From an uncultured Gemmatimonadales bacterium (GTDB lineage: Bacteria; Gemmatimonadota; Gemmatimonadetes; Gemmatimonadales; Gemmatimonadaceae): a stretch of DNA of 64,000 nucleotides. The stretch covers positions 832,001 through 896,000 of the forward strand of contig CAWKMU010000003.1 in the NCBI GenBank assembly GCA_963850905.1. Reading direction: 5' to 3'. The notes beneath the pieces were generated by a model. The model saw only the letters and a list, made by a program, of their open reading frames with translations. It ran no database searches and was not told the DNA's origin. Numbering within the stretch: position 1 is the first letter of the stretch; every line of letters begins with the position of its first letter. Positions 40,473 to 49,988 of the stretch are shown here, one piece after another. The translations under genes were made by a program, and so were the position numbers.

Positions 40473-41765
40473 ATGAAAGACAGCAAACGCGTGCTCATCG
40501 CGCTCGTATTGGCCCTCGTACTCGGAGCGGCGATCGCTGCCTCAGGCAGTGCGTCATTGCTCAGCGCCGCCGACGCAATCGCGCCGGTCGGGGCCCTCTG
40601 GGTCAACGCGATTCGGATGACCGTGATCCCGCTCGTCGTGGCGCTGCTCATTACCGGCATTGCAACCACCTCGGGGCTGAGCGCGATCGGCCGCATCGGG
40701 GGCCGCACCATTGCCGTGTTCGGGCTGCTGCTCGTGGGGATTGCCACGATCATCGTACCGATTGTCGCCACGATCTTCGGGAGCGTGCTTGCTCGGTTGC
40801 CGATCCGGCCCGCATTGCCAGCGGGTGCGGCTCAAGCCGCGAGCGACCTCACGGCGGCGGGCGGCGCTCAGACCTTCGCGTCGTGGTTGGTGTCATTGGT
40901 GCCGACCAACCCGATCGCAGCGGCGGCGAACGGCGCCATGATCCCGCTGATCGTGTTCTCCGTCCTGCTCGCGCTCGCAATCGCGAAAAGTCCCCCCGAT
41001 GCTCGCGACCGGCTCGCCGGCTGGTTCGAGGCGTTGCGCGACGCAATGCTGGTCCTCGTCGGCTGGGTCGTCGCGGTTGCGCCGATAGGCGTGTTCGCAC
41101 TGCTGCTGCCCATCGCCGCGCGCGGCGGTGTGGCGCTCGCCGGTACGATCGGCGTCTATATCGTTTCATACTCGATCGCCCATCTTGTGGCGTCGTTGGC
41201 GACGTATCCGGCCGTCGCGTTGATCGCGCGCGTGCCCATCGCACAGTTTGCCCGGGCCGCACTCCCCGCGCAGCTCATTGGGTTCAGCTCGAGCTCCTCG
41301 ATCGCATCGTTGCCGGCCATGGTGGAGAGCGTCGAACGGGACCTTGCCGTCGAACCGGCAGTTTCGGGGTTCGTGTTGCCGCTCGCCGTATCGGTGTTCA
41401 AGTTCGCGGCGCCCTTGTCGTGGACGATGGGCGCGCTGTTCGTGGCGTGGTTCTACGGCATCCCGCTTCACGTGCGCGACATCGCCACGGTCGCAGCCGC
41501 CGGCGTGTTCCTGGCCTTTGCCGCGCCCGGGGTCCCGCGCGGAGCGTTTCTGATGCTGGCGCCGCTCTTCCTTGCGATCGGCCTCCCGATCGAAGGCCTG
41601 GGCATCCTCATCGCGATCGACGCGATTCCTGACCTGTTCGCGACGATTCTCAACGTGACGGGCGATCTCGCCGCGACCGTGTTGGTCGCGCGGTTCGGCA
41701 AGAAGGAGGCAGTGGCGCCCCTTTCGGACGTGGTCGATCAGCAACGCTCGACCGTGGGTGCGTAG
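40473..41765 (+). CDS. Dicarboxylate/amino acid:cation symporter (DAACS)
   Basis: IRMTVIPLVV, PTNP, FSSSSSIASLP, GVP, ATILNVTGD. Confidence 0.92.
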   Translation: MKDSKRVLIALVLALVLGAAIAASGSASLLSAADAIAPVGALWVNAIRMTVIPLVVALLITGIATTSGLSAIGRIGGRTIAVFGLLLVGIATIIVPIVATIFGSVLARLPIRPALPAGAAQAASDLTAAGGAQTFASWLVSLVPTNPIAAAANGAMIPLIVFSVLLALAIAKSPPDARDRLAGWFEALRDAMLVLVGWVVAVAPIGVFALLLPIAARGGVALAGTIGVYIVSYSIAHLVASLATYPAVALIARVPIAQFARAALPAQLIGFSSSSSIASLPAMVESVERDLAVEPAVSGFVLPLAVSVFKFAAPLSWTMGALFVAWFYGIPLHVRDIATVAAAGVFLAFAAPGVPRGAFLMLAPLFLAIGLPIEGLGILIAIDAIPDLFATILNVTGDLAATVLVARFGKKEAVAPLSDVVDQQRSTVGA

Positions 41766-41914
41766 CAGGAGTCACCGGTCAGCGGGGCAGGGTTGCTGTT
41801 GCCGGCACGGACGCGCGAAGAACTTTCTAGAAACATCTGGCTAACGACCTCGGCTGTAACGTATGTTTGGGCCGATCCGCCGGAGTGCGCACGGTCCTCG
41901 GCGTCGGAGGTCGG

Positions 41915-42937
41915 ATGCGTTCAGCCCTGTCCCCGGTATCGGTTGGCAGCTTGCTGTGGGTCGTCAGCGCGTGCGGTTCGTCAACCGGGCCACACGTAGC
42001 CAGCATCTCGGGCACGTGGTTCGACACGACGAACTACTACCAGTCAGCCAACGTCCTGAACGTCACGCAGCACGGCGACAGCGTGCAAATTGTCAGCCCC
42101 GGCTACTACGTGAGTTTCACGTACGGCGGCGTCTCGTGGTGGAGCGAAGAAGGACAAGCCGCGGCCGCAACCGGTGCGATCTTCAAGGATTCGATCGCGA
42201 TCTGCGATGCGGACATCGGCCCACCGTGTCCAAACGTTACCGGCTATCTCCGCGACAGCGATCTGGTTTTGTATTTGGGGCCGTTGCCGGGCGTTCCGTT
42301 CGATACTGCTGGCCTGGGGTTTACCTTCTCTCACGGGGCATGGACACCAGGCAATACCAATCCGCCTTCAGGCGCCCCGGCTCCCGTGCAGGTCAGTAAT
42401 GTCTGGGTCTCCGACTCAATGTCGTGGAGTGGTACTTGTCCCGGCGTCGTGCAGATCGGACTCGGCGTAGGGAACTCGATCCTCCACGGTCTCCCTCCAA
42501 CGATATTCCAGCTCGTCCTCCCACTTTCCGATGGACAGTCGTGGGTTCGTCAGTGCGGCAGCTCATTATGGACCTCGCAATCCGACTATGTCGTGACGTG
42601 GTTTCCCATGCCGTGTACGTCGACCAATGCGTGCTTCATAGATGTGAGCGATACGATCGCCGCCAAGGACACGATCGATAGCTGGATCCTGCAGCCAGGT
42701 GGTGTGGATACGCTGGCAGACGTGACCCCGACGTACGTCAACACCGGGTGGCTCCCCCAGTTTTTCGTGCTGGATAGTGGCGCCACCTCGCTCGGGCGGG
42801 TGAGGAATGGACCGTGGCAAAGTCGCCCGATCGCGGCCGCGAGCCTGGCAGGTGTGACGGCGTATCAGAGCAGGTTGCGCCGGTACCGCGAAGCGCAGAC
42901 CCGTGCGCGTCGCCAGCGTCCACCCTGGGCCGCCTGA
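41915..42937 (+). CDS. Hypothetical lipoprotein
   Basis: GGAGG RBS; VVSAC-GSSTGP lipobox; ISGTW. Confidence 0.7.
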   Translation: MRSALSPVSVGSLLWVVSACGSSTGPHVASISGTWFDTTNYYQSANVLNVTQHGDSVQIVSPGYYVSFTYGGVSWWSEEGQAAAATGAIFKDSIAICDADIGPPCPNVTGYLRDSDLVLYLGPLPGVPFDTAGLGFTFSHGAWTPGNTNPPSGAPAPVQVSNVWVSDSMSWSGTCPGVVQIGLGVGNSILHGLPPTIFQLVLPLSDGQSWVRQCGSSLWTSQSDYVVTWFPMPCTSTNACFIDVSDTIAAKDTIDSWILQPGGVDTLADVTPTYVNTGWLPQFFVLDSGATSLGRVRNGPWQSRPIAAASLAGVTAYQSRLRRYREAQTRARRQRPPWAA

Positions 42938-43033
42938 TGGCGCACCATATACGTCGTAACGCACCGCCCCGCATCGCACGGTGGCCGCGGGATGCGCCGG
43001 GATAGCAGCAGCCTTATTGTGATCGCACATCGG

Positions 43034-43066
43034 GGGTGGCCTGAAGGCCGCCCCTACATGTCGGCG
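43034..43066 (-). repeat. Family-2 REP downstream of RAYT, inverted relative to the array
   Basis: Reverse complement is cgccgacatGTAGGGGCGGCCTTCAGGCCACCC. Confidence 0.88.
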
Positions 43067-43545
43067 CGCAGTCCATTGTCTGGCGCCAGCCAGCGACGGG
43101 GATTGTTTGCGATGTAGCGCCGACAAGCAGCTAATTCCGTGGCGTTTCGGATTACGCGATCATGGAAACCGCGCTGCCAGAATGGACCAGCCCGGCTCCA
43201 GGCGACGTTGATGCGTTTCGCAGCGAGACCCTTGAATGCGCCAACGACCTGCCCAAGGGTGATCGATTCACCAGCTGTCATCGACAAAATGACGTGAACG
43301 TGGTCCGGCATGATCACATAACGGTCTACCGCGATCGACCAGTGTCGCTCAACGACAATACCCAGCGCCTCGGCCGTGGCCTCACCTGCAGCCGTGAGAT
43401 GAATGGTGCCGCCTTTCACGACGCTCAGCACGTCTGCACGGGTCCGAACAACGGTGGTCACAAGGTACGATCCGTTGCGCGCGTATACCCGGCCCGGCAG
43501 TCGCAGACTGGGATTTCTCGGCCTTCGCAAGAACAATCGCGGCAT
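43054..43545 (-). mobile_element. rayT: REP-associated tyrosine transposase (RAYT, IS200/Y1 HUH superfamily)
   Basis: SLRLPG..Y, YLVT, YVIMPDHVH (HUH), FWQRGFHDRVIRN, YIANNP (catalytic Tyr); flanked by GTAG palindromes. Confidence 0.92.
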
Positions 43546-43640
43546 GCCGCCAGATGGCGCTCCCGCGTCATCGCAACGTCAAACGTTGCGCTAAGGGATG
43601 AGGCTCAAGTCGACAAAGGCGCTCCGTTCCCGGAAACGGC

Positions 43641-44054
43641 ACGCCGACATGTAGGGGCGGCCTTTAGGCCGCCCACCATCCATGCGCCGACCGCCGAACT
43701 CCCTGGCCAACGGCGCCGACGTTTCCCCGACAGCCGTACGATTCGTTCTCGGTAATGGCCACGCCGACATGTAGGGGCGGCCTTTAGGCCGCCCACCCTC
43801 CACGCGCCGACCGCCGAACTCCCTGGCCAACGGCGCCGACGTTTCCCCGACAGCCGTACGACTCGTTCTCGGTAATGGCCACGCCGACATGTAGGGGCCG
43901 CCTTCAGGCCGCCCACCATCCACGCGCCGACCGCCGAACTCCCTGGCCAACGGCGCCGACGTTTCCCCGACAGCCGTACGACTCGTTCTCGGTAATGGCC
44001 ACGCCGACATGTAGGGGCGGCCTTCAGGCCGCCCACCATCCATGCGCCGACCGC
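43641..44054 (+). repeat. Tandem array of ~3.5 x 120-bp units, each carrying a family-2 REP
   Basis: GTAGGGGC(G/C)GCCTT(T/C)AGGCCGCCC at 43651, 43771, 43891 and 44011 with near-identical intervening sequence. Confidence 0.95.
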
Positions 44055-44064
44055 ACTCCGGTCG

Positions 44065-44802
44065 TCAATGCGCGCCCAACGACTCCCGCACCACCCCGTA
44101 CGACGTGCCCCACGCGTCCGTCATCTGGTTGCGGATCTCCCAGAGCTCGGGGAAGAAATAGGTCTTGACGCCCTCGAGCATCCGGTCGACGGGACGACCC
44201 TTGAGCGACTTGGCGCCGAGCCCGATCGTACGGTTGATCAATTGCACGTGACAGTACCGGAATCGCTGGAACAGCTCATCGAATTCCGCAAGCGCCTCGG
44301 CGACGACATAGGCGTCGGAGTGTGAGTACTCGGAGTTGTAGATCTTCTCGACCGTGAGGTCGTGCCGCTCGAGGTAGCTCGTGCGGAACGATTTCCACAG
44401 CTGCGCGGGCATCTTGAGAATCGTCCGGAACCCGGGCGACTCCTGTCCGCTGCCGTTCCCCAGCTGCACACGGATCTCCTGATACTCCTTGGGCGACATC
44501 GTCTCCAGCAGCGACAGCTGCTCCGTCATGAGGCGCAGCGCAATGCGCACCCGGTGCATCAGCGTGAGCACGCGATTCGTGTTCTCCTGCTGCAGGTAGT
44601 CATCGACGTCGAGCAGCGTGTAGCCGATGAGCTTCATCCACAGCTCTTCGACCTGATGCACGATCTGAAACTGCAACTCGTCGCGGTTGCAGAACTCGTG
44701 GAAATCCTTCTGGCACGAGAGCAGTGCCTTGGTGTTGAGGTAGAGCTCGTAGTCGAGCGTCCCCTCGCCATTCATCGTTGCGTAGAACTGCTCGCGGTCC
44801 AC
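44065..44802 (-). CDS. Tryptophan 2,3-dioxygenase superfamily heme enzyme (atypical, possibly MarE-like)
   Basis: DYELYL, DELQFQIVHQVEELWMKL, LETMSPKEY..IR, GSGQESPGFR, RYCH, FFPELW; SLKGR occupies the GTGGS position. Confidence 0.88.
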   Translation of the reverse strand: MDREQFYATMNGEGTLDYELYLNTKALLSCQKDFHEFCNRDELQFQIVHQVEELWMKLIGYTLLDVDDYLQQENTNRVLTLMHRVRIALRLMTEQLSLLETMSPKEYQEIRVQLGNGSGQESPGFRTILKMPAQLWKSFRTSYLERHDLTVEKIYNSEYSHSDAYVVAEALAEFDELFQRFRYCHVQLINRTIGLGAKSLKGRPVDRMLEGVKTYFFPELWEIRNQMTDAWGTSYGVVRESLGAH

Positions 44803-44885
44803 TAGAGCCCCCAGCGCAGGTACGGTGGAAAGTTACTCAACGCCGCGACTGCTCGGTCCAAACACCACGGACTGGCCTACGGCGG

Positions 44886-44909
44886 GTAGGGGCGACGCAT
44901 GCGTCGCCC
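44886..44909 (+). repeat. Family-1 REP
   Basis: GTAGGGGCGACGCATGCGTCGCCC. Confidence 0.85.
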
Positions 44910-44959
44910 GCAATCGCGGCACCGCCCGTCCACGGTCGAGCGCGCCCGCGGCGGCCGCC

Positions 44960-46420
44960 TCAGCGCCCAGTCGCCTCCAAGGGGGCGTCGTTCGCCGTCT
45001 CCGACACGGGGCGGCGGGCGCCCGCGCGCCTGGACCGCACGAGCAGGTACACCAGGCTCACGACTCCCAGCCAGGGAAGGCCCCAGAGAAGCGCTGGACG
45101 CATCCCATCCACGAACCAGGTCGTGATCATGATCGCCACAATGGCCGCGGCCCCCAGGATCGAGGTGTACGGATAACCGATCATGTGCACCGGCAGTCGC
45201 GGACGGCCCAACGCGACCCAGCGCCGGCGGAAGTAGAGATGGGTGATGAAGATCATCAGCCAGACGAACAGTGCACCGAACAGCGCAACGCCAAACAAGA
45301 CGACGTACGCCGTATCGGGGTACCTGAGTGCGACCGCAACGGCGATGATGAGACCGGCGGCCGAGACCAGCAGTGCGACGAGCGGGACGCCTCGCTTGGA
45401 AACGCGGCCCCATGAAGCGGGCGCGAACCCACCGCGAGCGAGTGAGAACAGCATGCGCGAGGTGAGATATAGGTTGCAGTTGATGCTCGATGCAGCAGCC
45501 GTGATCACGACGAAGTTCACCAGGTTCGCCGCCGACGGGATCCCGATGAGGCGGAAGACATTGACGAATGGACTCGCCGTCACGTCGGCGCCCGGCTGGA
45601 TCTCGGTCCACGGGACGATCGCCACGAGTACGAACATCGCGCCCAGATAGAACACGATCAGGCGACCCACAACCTGACGCATCGCCCGCGGCACCGCTCG
45701 CGACGGGTCCTTGGCCTCGCCCGCAGTCACGGCGACGACCTCCGTCCCAATGAAGCTGAAAATGACGAAGACGATCGCGGTCCAGACCGGCGGTCCGCCC
45801 TTCGCGAAAAAGCCCCCGTGTGCCGTGAGGTTCGTGAGGCCAATGGCTGGGCGATGCCCGATCCCCGTGAGCAACGCGAAACCCAGCGCAATGAACAGCA
45901 CGATGGCGACGACCTTGATCATCGAGAGCCAGTACTCGACGCCGCCGAAACTGCCCACACTGCTGGCATTCACAAACAACAGGGCCGCGCCGAACACGGA
46001 CACCCATAACCACTGTGGCGTGTGCGGAAACCACCATTGACAGTAGATAGCGATCGCGACCGCTTCGCCACCAATCGCGATGACCTGACACGCCCAATAC
46101 GTGTAGCGCACCACGAATCCCGCCCACGGATTCACGTACATCTCGGCGTACACGCCAAATGAGCCTGGAGCCGGGTGGGCAACCGCCATCTCCGACAATG
46201 CGCCCATGAACAGCAGTGCGATCACCGCGCCAATCAGGTACGTGATCAGCACGGCTGGCCCTGCCATGTGGACCGCCAGCGAACTGCCGAGGAAAAGGCC
46301 GGTGCCGATCGCCCCACCGATGGCGATCATACTGAGCTGGCCGGTCGTCAGCGCGCGCGACAGCTCCTCGCCGCGCTCGATCGCGTCCGGCGCCCGCGCG
46401 CCGGGCGCCTCCTCAGTCAT
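44960..46420 (-). CDS. Amino acid permease (APC superfamily, AAT family)
   Basis: MIAIGGAIGTGLFLGS, FSFIGTE, GEAKDP, SPFV, SRMLFSLA; start overlaps the cupin stop. Confidence 0.94.
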   Translation of the reverse strand: MTEEAPGARAPDAIERGEELSRALTTGQLSMIAIGGAIGTGLFLGSSLAVHMAGPAVLITYLIGAVIALLFMGALSEMAVAHPAPGSFGVYAEMYVNPWAGFVVRYTYWACQVIAIGGEAVAIAIYCQWWFPHTPQWLWVSVFGAALLFVNASSVGSFGGVEYWLSMIKVVAIVLFIALGFALLTGIGHRPAIGLTNLTAHGGFFAKGGPPVWTAIVFVIFSFIGTEVVAVTAGEAKDPSRAVPRAMRQVVGRLIVFYLGAMFVLVAIVPWTEIQPGADVTASPFVNVFRLIGIPSAANLVNFVVITAAASSINCNLYLTSRMLFSLARGGFAPASWGRVSKRGVPLVALLVSAAGLIIAVAVALRYPDTAYVVLFGVALFGALFVWLMIFITHLYFRRRWVALGRPRLPVHMIGYPYTSILGAAAIVAIMITTWFVDGMRPALLWGLPWLGVVSLVYLLVRSRRAGARRPVSETANDAPLEATGR

Positions 46421-47171
46421 CTTCGTACGCGGCGCCAGGACTACCTGACGGATGAAATACTCCGAGCACGCGGATCGGCGCCGGGCCCGGGTTCTCCAGA
46501 CAGTGCACCACGCCGACGGGGAAATAGATGCTCGAGCCAGCACCGAACTCCGTCACATGCCGCTGACCGCGCAAGTGGAGCATGCCATTGCCCTCGAGGA
46601 TGTAGATCCCTTCCTCATAGGTGTGCCGGTGGAACGGCGCACGACTCTTCGGAATCAACCCGACAAACTGCGTGACCGACTCGCAGCCGACATCGGTGTG
46701 CACCAGATACCGGAACACCCGGTCCTTGCCCGCACGAATCGGCTCACGTTCCTCCGCGCGCACACTACGCTTGGGCGCCTCGCCGGCACGCGGGCTCGTC
46801 CGCGTCTCGCTCACGTGGCGGCCGGAGTCCTCCGGGCAGCACGCGCTCACGAGACGCAATGCGTCCGGACCACGATTCTCGATGTGATAGTCCGTCCCGG
46901 GAGGGACGAACACGCCGACGCCGGGCTCGAGCGCGTAAGCGAATCCGCCGAGGTGACAGGTCCCCGTCCCTTGCACGACGTAGAGCACTTCCTCCGCCCG
47001 GGGATTCACGACTGACGGAGATGTCCCGACCGCGTAGTCGTTGATCATCTGCGTGATCAGCGTCGTTCCGCTCGCCCGACACATCACCGTCCGGGCGGTC
47101 CACGGACCGGCCGACACGACCTCACCATCACCGGGCTCGTAGACTCGACAGCCGCCCGTGAGGACCTTCAT
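46413..47171 (-). CDS. Bicupin protein
   Basis: EEVLYVVQGTG (domain 1); FHRHTYEEGIYILEG...HCLEN (domain 2, full metal motif). Confidence 0.85.
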   Translation of the reverse strand: MKVLTGGCRVYEPGDGEVVSAGPWTARTVMCRASGTTLITQMINDYAVGTSPSVVNPRAEEVLYVVQGTGTCHLGGFAYALEPGVGVFVPPGTDYHIENRGPDALRLVSACCPEDSGRHVSETRTSPRAGEAPKRSVRAEEREPIRAGKDRVFRYLVHTDVGCESVTQFVGLIPKSRAPFHRHTYEEGIYILEGNGMLHLRGQRHVTEFGAGSSIYFPVGVVHCLENPGPAPIRVLGVFHPSGSPGAAYEDD

Positions 47172-48313
47172 GCTCGCACCATCAGGTCGATGTTGTCCTC
47201 GAGCGCCGCCAGCGTGGCGTCGACGTCCGCCGTGTTGTTGTACACATGAAACGCGAAGCGGACCCCGTCATGTCGGGCCGACACGATCACCCCTCGCTCG
47301 GCCAACTTGGCAACCATCGCGCGCGTGTCATGCGAGCGGAGCACGACCAGCGGACCGACCGTGGACGCCGGCGTCTTGCAGTCGATGCCGAGCGCGCGAG
47401 CGCCGTCGAAGAACAACCGGGACAGCCGCTCGACTTGCGCCGCCACGTTCTCCATCCCGATGCGCGTGAGCAGCTCGAGCGCGGGTCGTGCCAGGAAGAT
47501 GTTCGGGATCGATGGCGAGCCGCCCTCGAATCGACGGGCCGTCGAGGCGGGGTCGAGATGCAGCGTGTCGTACGCGAACATGTTCTGCTGCGCCATCCAG
47601 CTCGTCACGGTCGGCGAGAGCGACTCGATGAGTCCCCGCCGCACGTAGAGGAACGCCACCCCCGGTGGACCCAGGAGGTACTTCAAGGTGCCGGTGACGT
47701 AGAAATCTACGTTCGTCGCCTTCACGTCGACCGGCCTCGTGCCGGCGTCCTGGAAATCATCGAGAAAGAGCAGCGCGCCACGGTCGTGCGCGAGCCGTGT
47801 GATCGCGCCCACGTCCGACCGCATGCCATTGATGAACGACACGTGGGCCAGCGGGACGATAGCGGTGCGCTCGTTGATCGCGCGCTCGTAACACTCCGTC
47901 GGCAGCGTGTTGTGGCTGCCCTTGAGGAACTGCACCTTGGCGCCGCGCGGCTGCTGTGCGAGCCAGATCTGCCCCATGGTCGGGAATTCGTACTCACTCA
48001 TCACGACCTGGTCGCGCCCGTTGAATTGCACCGCGGTCGCTATCGGGTTGATCCCGGCCGACGCGCTCGTCACGATCGCCACTTCATCCGGCTCGGCGTT
48101 GATGAACCGCGCGAACAGCCGTCGCAGATCCTCGTACGCCTCGATCCACTCGTCCCAGGGCGCGACCGCCGTCCGCCAACTCGCGGCAAAACGTCGCATG
48201 CCCTCTTCGGACGCATCGGACATCGCTCCCTGCGAGCAGTTGTACAGGTAGGTCTTCTGCCGCAGGATCGGGAAATGTGAACGGACCTCAGCCAATTGGG
48301 TTTCGGTCAGCAC
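47168..48313 (-). CDS. Class V PLP enzyme, kynureninase-like
   Basis: FPIL..TYL, EFPT, DDFQ, GTLKYLLGPPGVAFLYV, ARRFEGGSP; no desulfurase catalytic Cys loop. Confidence 0.85.
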   Translation of the reverse strand: MLTETQLAEVRSHFPILRQKTYLYNCSQGAMSDASEEGMRRFAASWRTAVAPWDEWIEAYEDLRRLFARFINAEPDEVAIVTSASAGINPIATAVQFNGRDQVVMSEYEFPTMGQIWLAQQPRGAKVQFLKGSHNTLPTECYERAINERTAIVPLAHVSFINGMRSDVGAITRLAHDRGALLFLDDFQDAGTRPVDVKATNVDFYVTGTLKYLLGPPGVAFLYVRRGLIESLSPTVTSWMAQQNMFAYDTLHLDPASTARRFEGGSPSIPNIFLARPALELLTRIGMENVAAQVERLSRLFFDGARALGIDCKTPASTVGPLVVLRSHDTRAMVAKLAERGVIVSARHDGVRFAFHVYNNTADVDATLAALEDNIDLMVRA

Positions 48314-48316
48314 GGC

Positions 48317-48449
48317 AGGGATAGGGGGTTAGGGGTTAGAAGTAGGGACAACAAAACGCGTGGGTGGACGTTACGAGCCGTGAGGGCCGAGGACAACGTC
48401 CCTGCCTCTGTTCTTCTCCCAAAGCCCTGGTCCCTAACCGCTGGTCCCG
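48317..48449. repeat. Degenerate heptamer-arm inverted repeat between divergent genes
   Basis: agggata-gggggtt-aggggtt ... ccctggt-ccctaac-cgctggt. Confidence 0.6.
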
Positions 48450-48471
48450 GCAGTTCGTACCTTCCGCCACC

Positions 48472-49959
48472 ATGCCAATGCTCTCCAGAACGGTTCGCCG
48501 ACTGGTGGGATGCGCCCTGGTCGCGGGGGTCGCGCCTCGCGGCGCCGCCGCGCAAGGACTCTCGCCCGACGTCCGCAAATTCGTCCGTGTCGACACACCG
48601 ATCGTCGTGCTGACGCATGTCCGGGTCATCGATGGGACCGGGGCACCGGCCCGCGACGATGAGACCCTGGTGCTCACACGCGGATCCATCACCGCAGTGG
48701 GCCCGGCGGGGTTGGCGACACCGGCCGGCGCGCAGGTGCTCGACCTGCGGGGTTACTCCGTCATCCCCGGCCTCGTGGGGATGCACGACCACATGTTCTA
48801 CACGCACTCGCTGGACCGCGACAGCCTGGGACGATCCGCGCCGCCCGGCCAGACGGCGGCGGAGCAGGCCTTCTCCTTTCCGCGCCTCTATCTCGCGGCC
48901 GGTGTGACGACGATTCGCACGACGGGCAGCATGGAACCGTACATGGACCTCAACCTGAAAACGCAGATCGATGACGGTCGCGCGCCAGGGCCGACCATGT
49001 ACATCTCGTCCCCATACCTCGAAGGGAAGGGAACGCAGTTCCCGCAGATGCACGAGCTCACGGGGCCTGAGGACGCACGGAAGATGGTCGACTTCTGGGC
49101 CGACGCCGGCGCGACCTCTTTCAAGGCATATATGCATATCACGCGGGGGGACCTCGGCGCCGCGATCGCCGAGGCCCACCGGCGTGGCATCAAGGTCACG
49201 GGCCACCTGTGCTCCGTCGGATGGCGTGAGGCCATGGCCCTTGGCATCGATGACTTCGAGCACGGTCCCGTCGGCACGGACGCCGAGTTCGTGCCGGGCA
49301 AACAGCCCGACACCTGCCCCGGGGGAGCCGCGATTTTCGGCAGCTGGCTCAACACCGACGTGCCCGGTCCGAGAGCCGATTCCCTGATTCACGATCTCGT
49401 CGCGCGTCACGTGGCCGTCACGTCCACATTGCCGGTGTTCGAGCTCACCGTGCCCGATCGCCCGCCGCTCCAGCGCCGCGTACTCGATGCGATGTCCGCC
49501 GAGTCGCGCCTCAGCTACCTGACCATGCGAGCGCGCGGCACGCCGCCATGGAACGGTCGCCCCCTCCCGTGGGCGAGCCTCCTCGCGAAAGAGGAGGCGT
49601 TCGAGCTCGCCTTTGTGAAGGCCGGCGGCCTGCTCCTCGCCGGGCCGGATCCCACGGGCATCGGCGGTGTGCTCGCCGGCTACGGCGACCAGCGCGAGGT
49701 CGAGCTCCTGGTCGAGGCGGGGTTTACGCCCCTTGAAGCGATTCGGATTGCGACCGCCAACGGCGCCCAGTTCCTCGGCCAGGCCGACCACTTCGGCACG
49801 ATCGCACCCGGGAAACAGGCAGACCTCGTGGTGATCCGAGGCGACCCATCGACCCACATCGCCGACATCGAGAACGTGGACATCGTGTTCAAGGGAGGCG
49901 TCGGGTATGACTCGGGCAAATTGATCGAGGCGGTGAGGGGGGTCGTCGGAATACGTTGA
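48472..49959 (+). CDS. Secreted metal-dependent amidohydrolase
   Basis: Signal peptide; PGLVGMHDH, GVTTIRT, GHLC, EHG, GTIAPGKQADLVV. Confidence 0.9.
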   Translation: MPMLSRTVRRLVGCALVAGVAPRGAAAQGLSPDVRKFVRVDTPIVVLTHVRVIDGTGAPARDDETLVLTRGSITAVGPAGLATPAGAQVLDLRGYSVIPGLVGMHDHMFYTHSLDRDSLGRSAPPGQTAAEQAFSFPRLYLAAGVTTIRTTGSMEPYMDLNLKTQIDDGRAPGPTMYISSPYLEGKGTQFPQMHELTGPEDARKMVDFWADAGATSFKAYMHITRGDLGAAIAEAHRRGIKVTGHLCSVGWREAMALGIDDFEHGPVGTDAEFVPGKQPDTCPGGAAIFGSWLNTDVPGPRADSLIHDLVARHVAVTSTLPVFELTVPDRPPLQRRVLDAMSAESRLSYLTMRARGTPPWNGRPLPWASLLAKEEAFELAFVKAGGLLLAGPDPTGIGGVLAGYGDQREVELLVEAGFTPLEAIRIATANGAQFLGQADHFGTIAPGKQADLVVIRGDPSTHIADIENVDIVFKGGVGYDSGKLIEAVRGVVGIR

Positions 49960-49988
49960 CGGACGTGCCTCGCGCGGGCGGTGACCGT

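Noticed and set aside
43591..44043. Minus-strand ORFs with 40-aa repeats (e.g. GGRPKGRPY)
   Set aside because: These are by-products of a 120-bp repeat unit divisible by three.
43641..44054. CRISPR array
   Set aside because: The intervening 96-bp sequences are near-identical rather than unique spacers, no cas genes are present, and the palindromes are GTAG REPs beside a RAYT.
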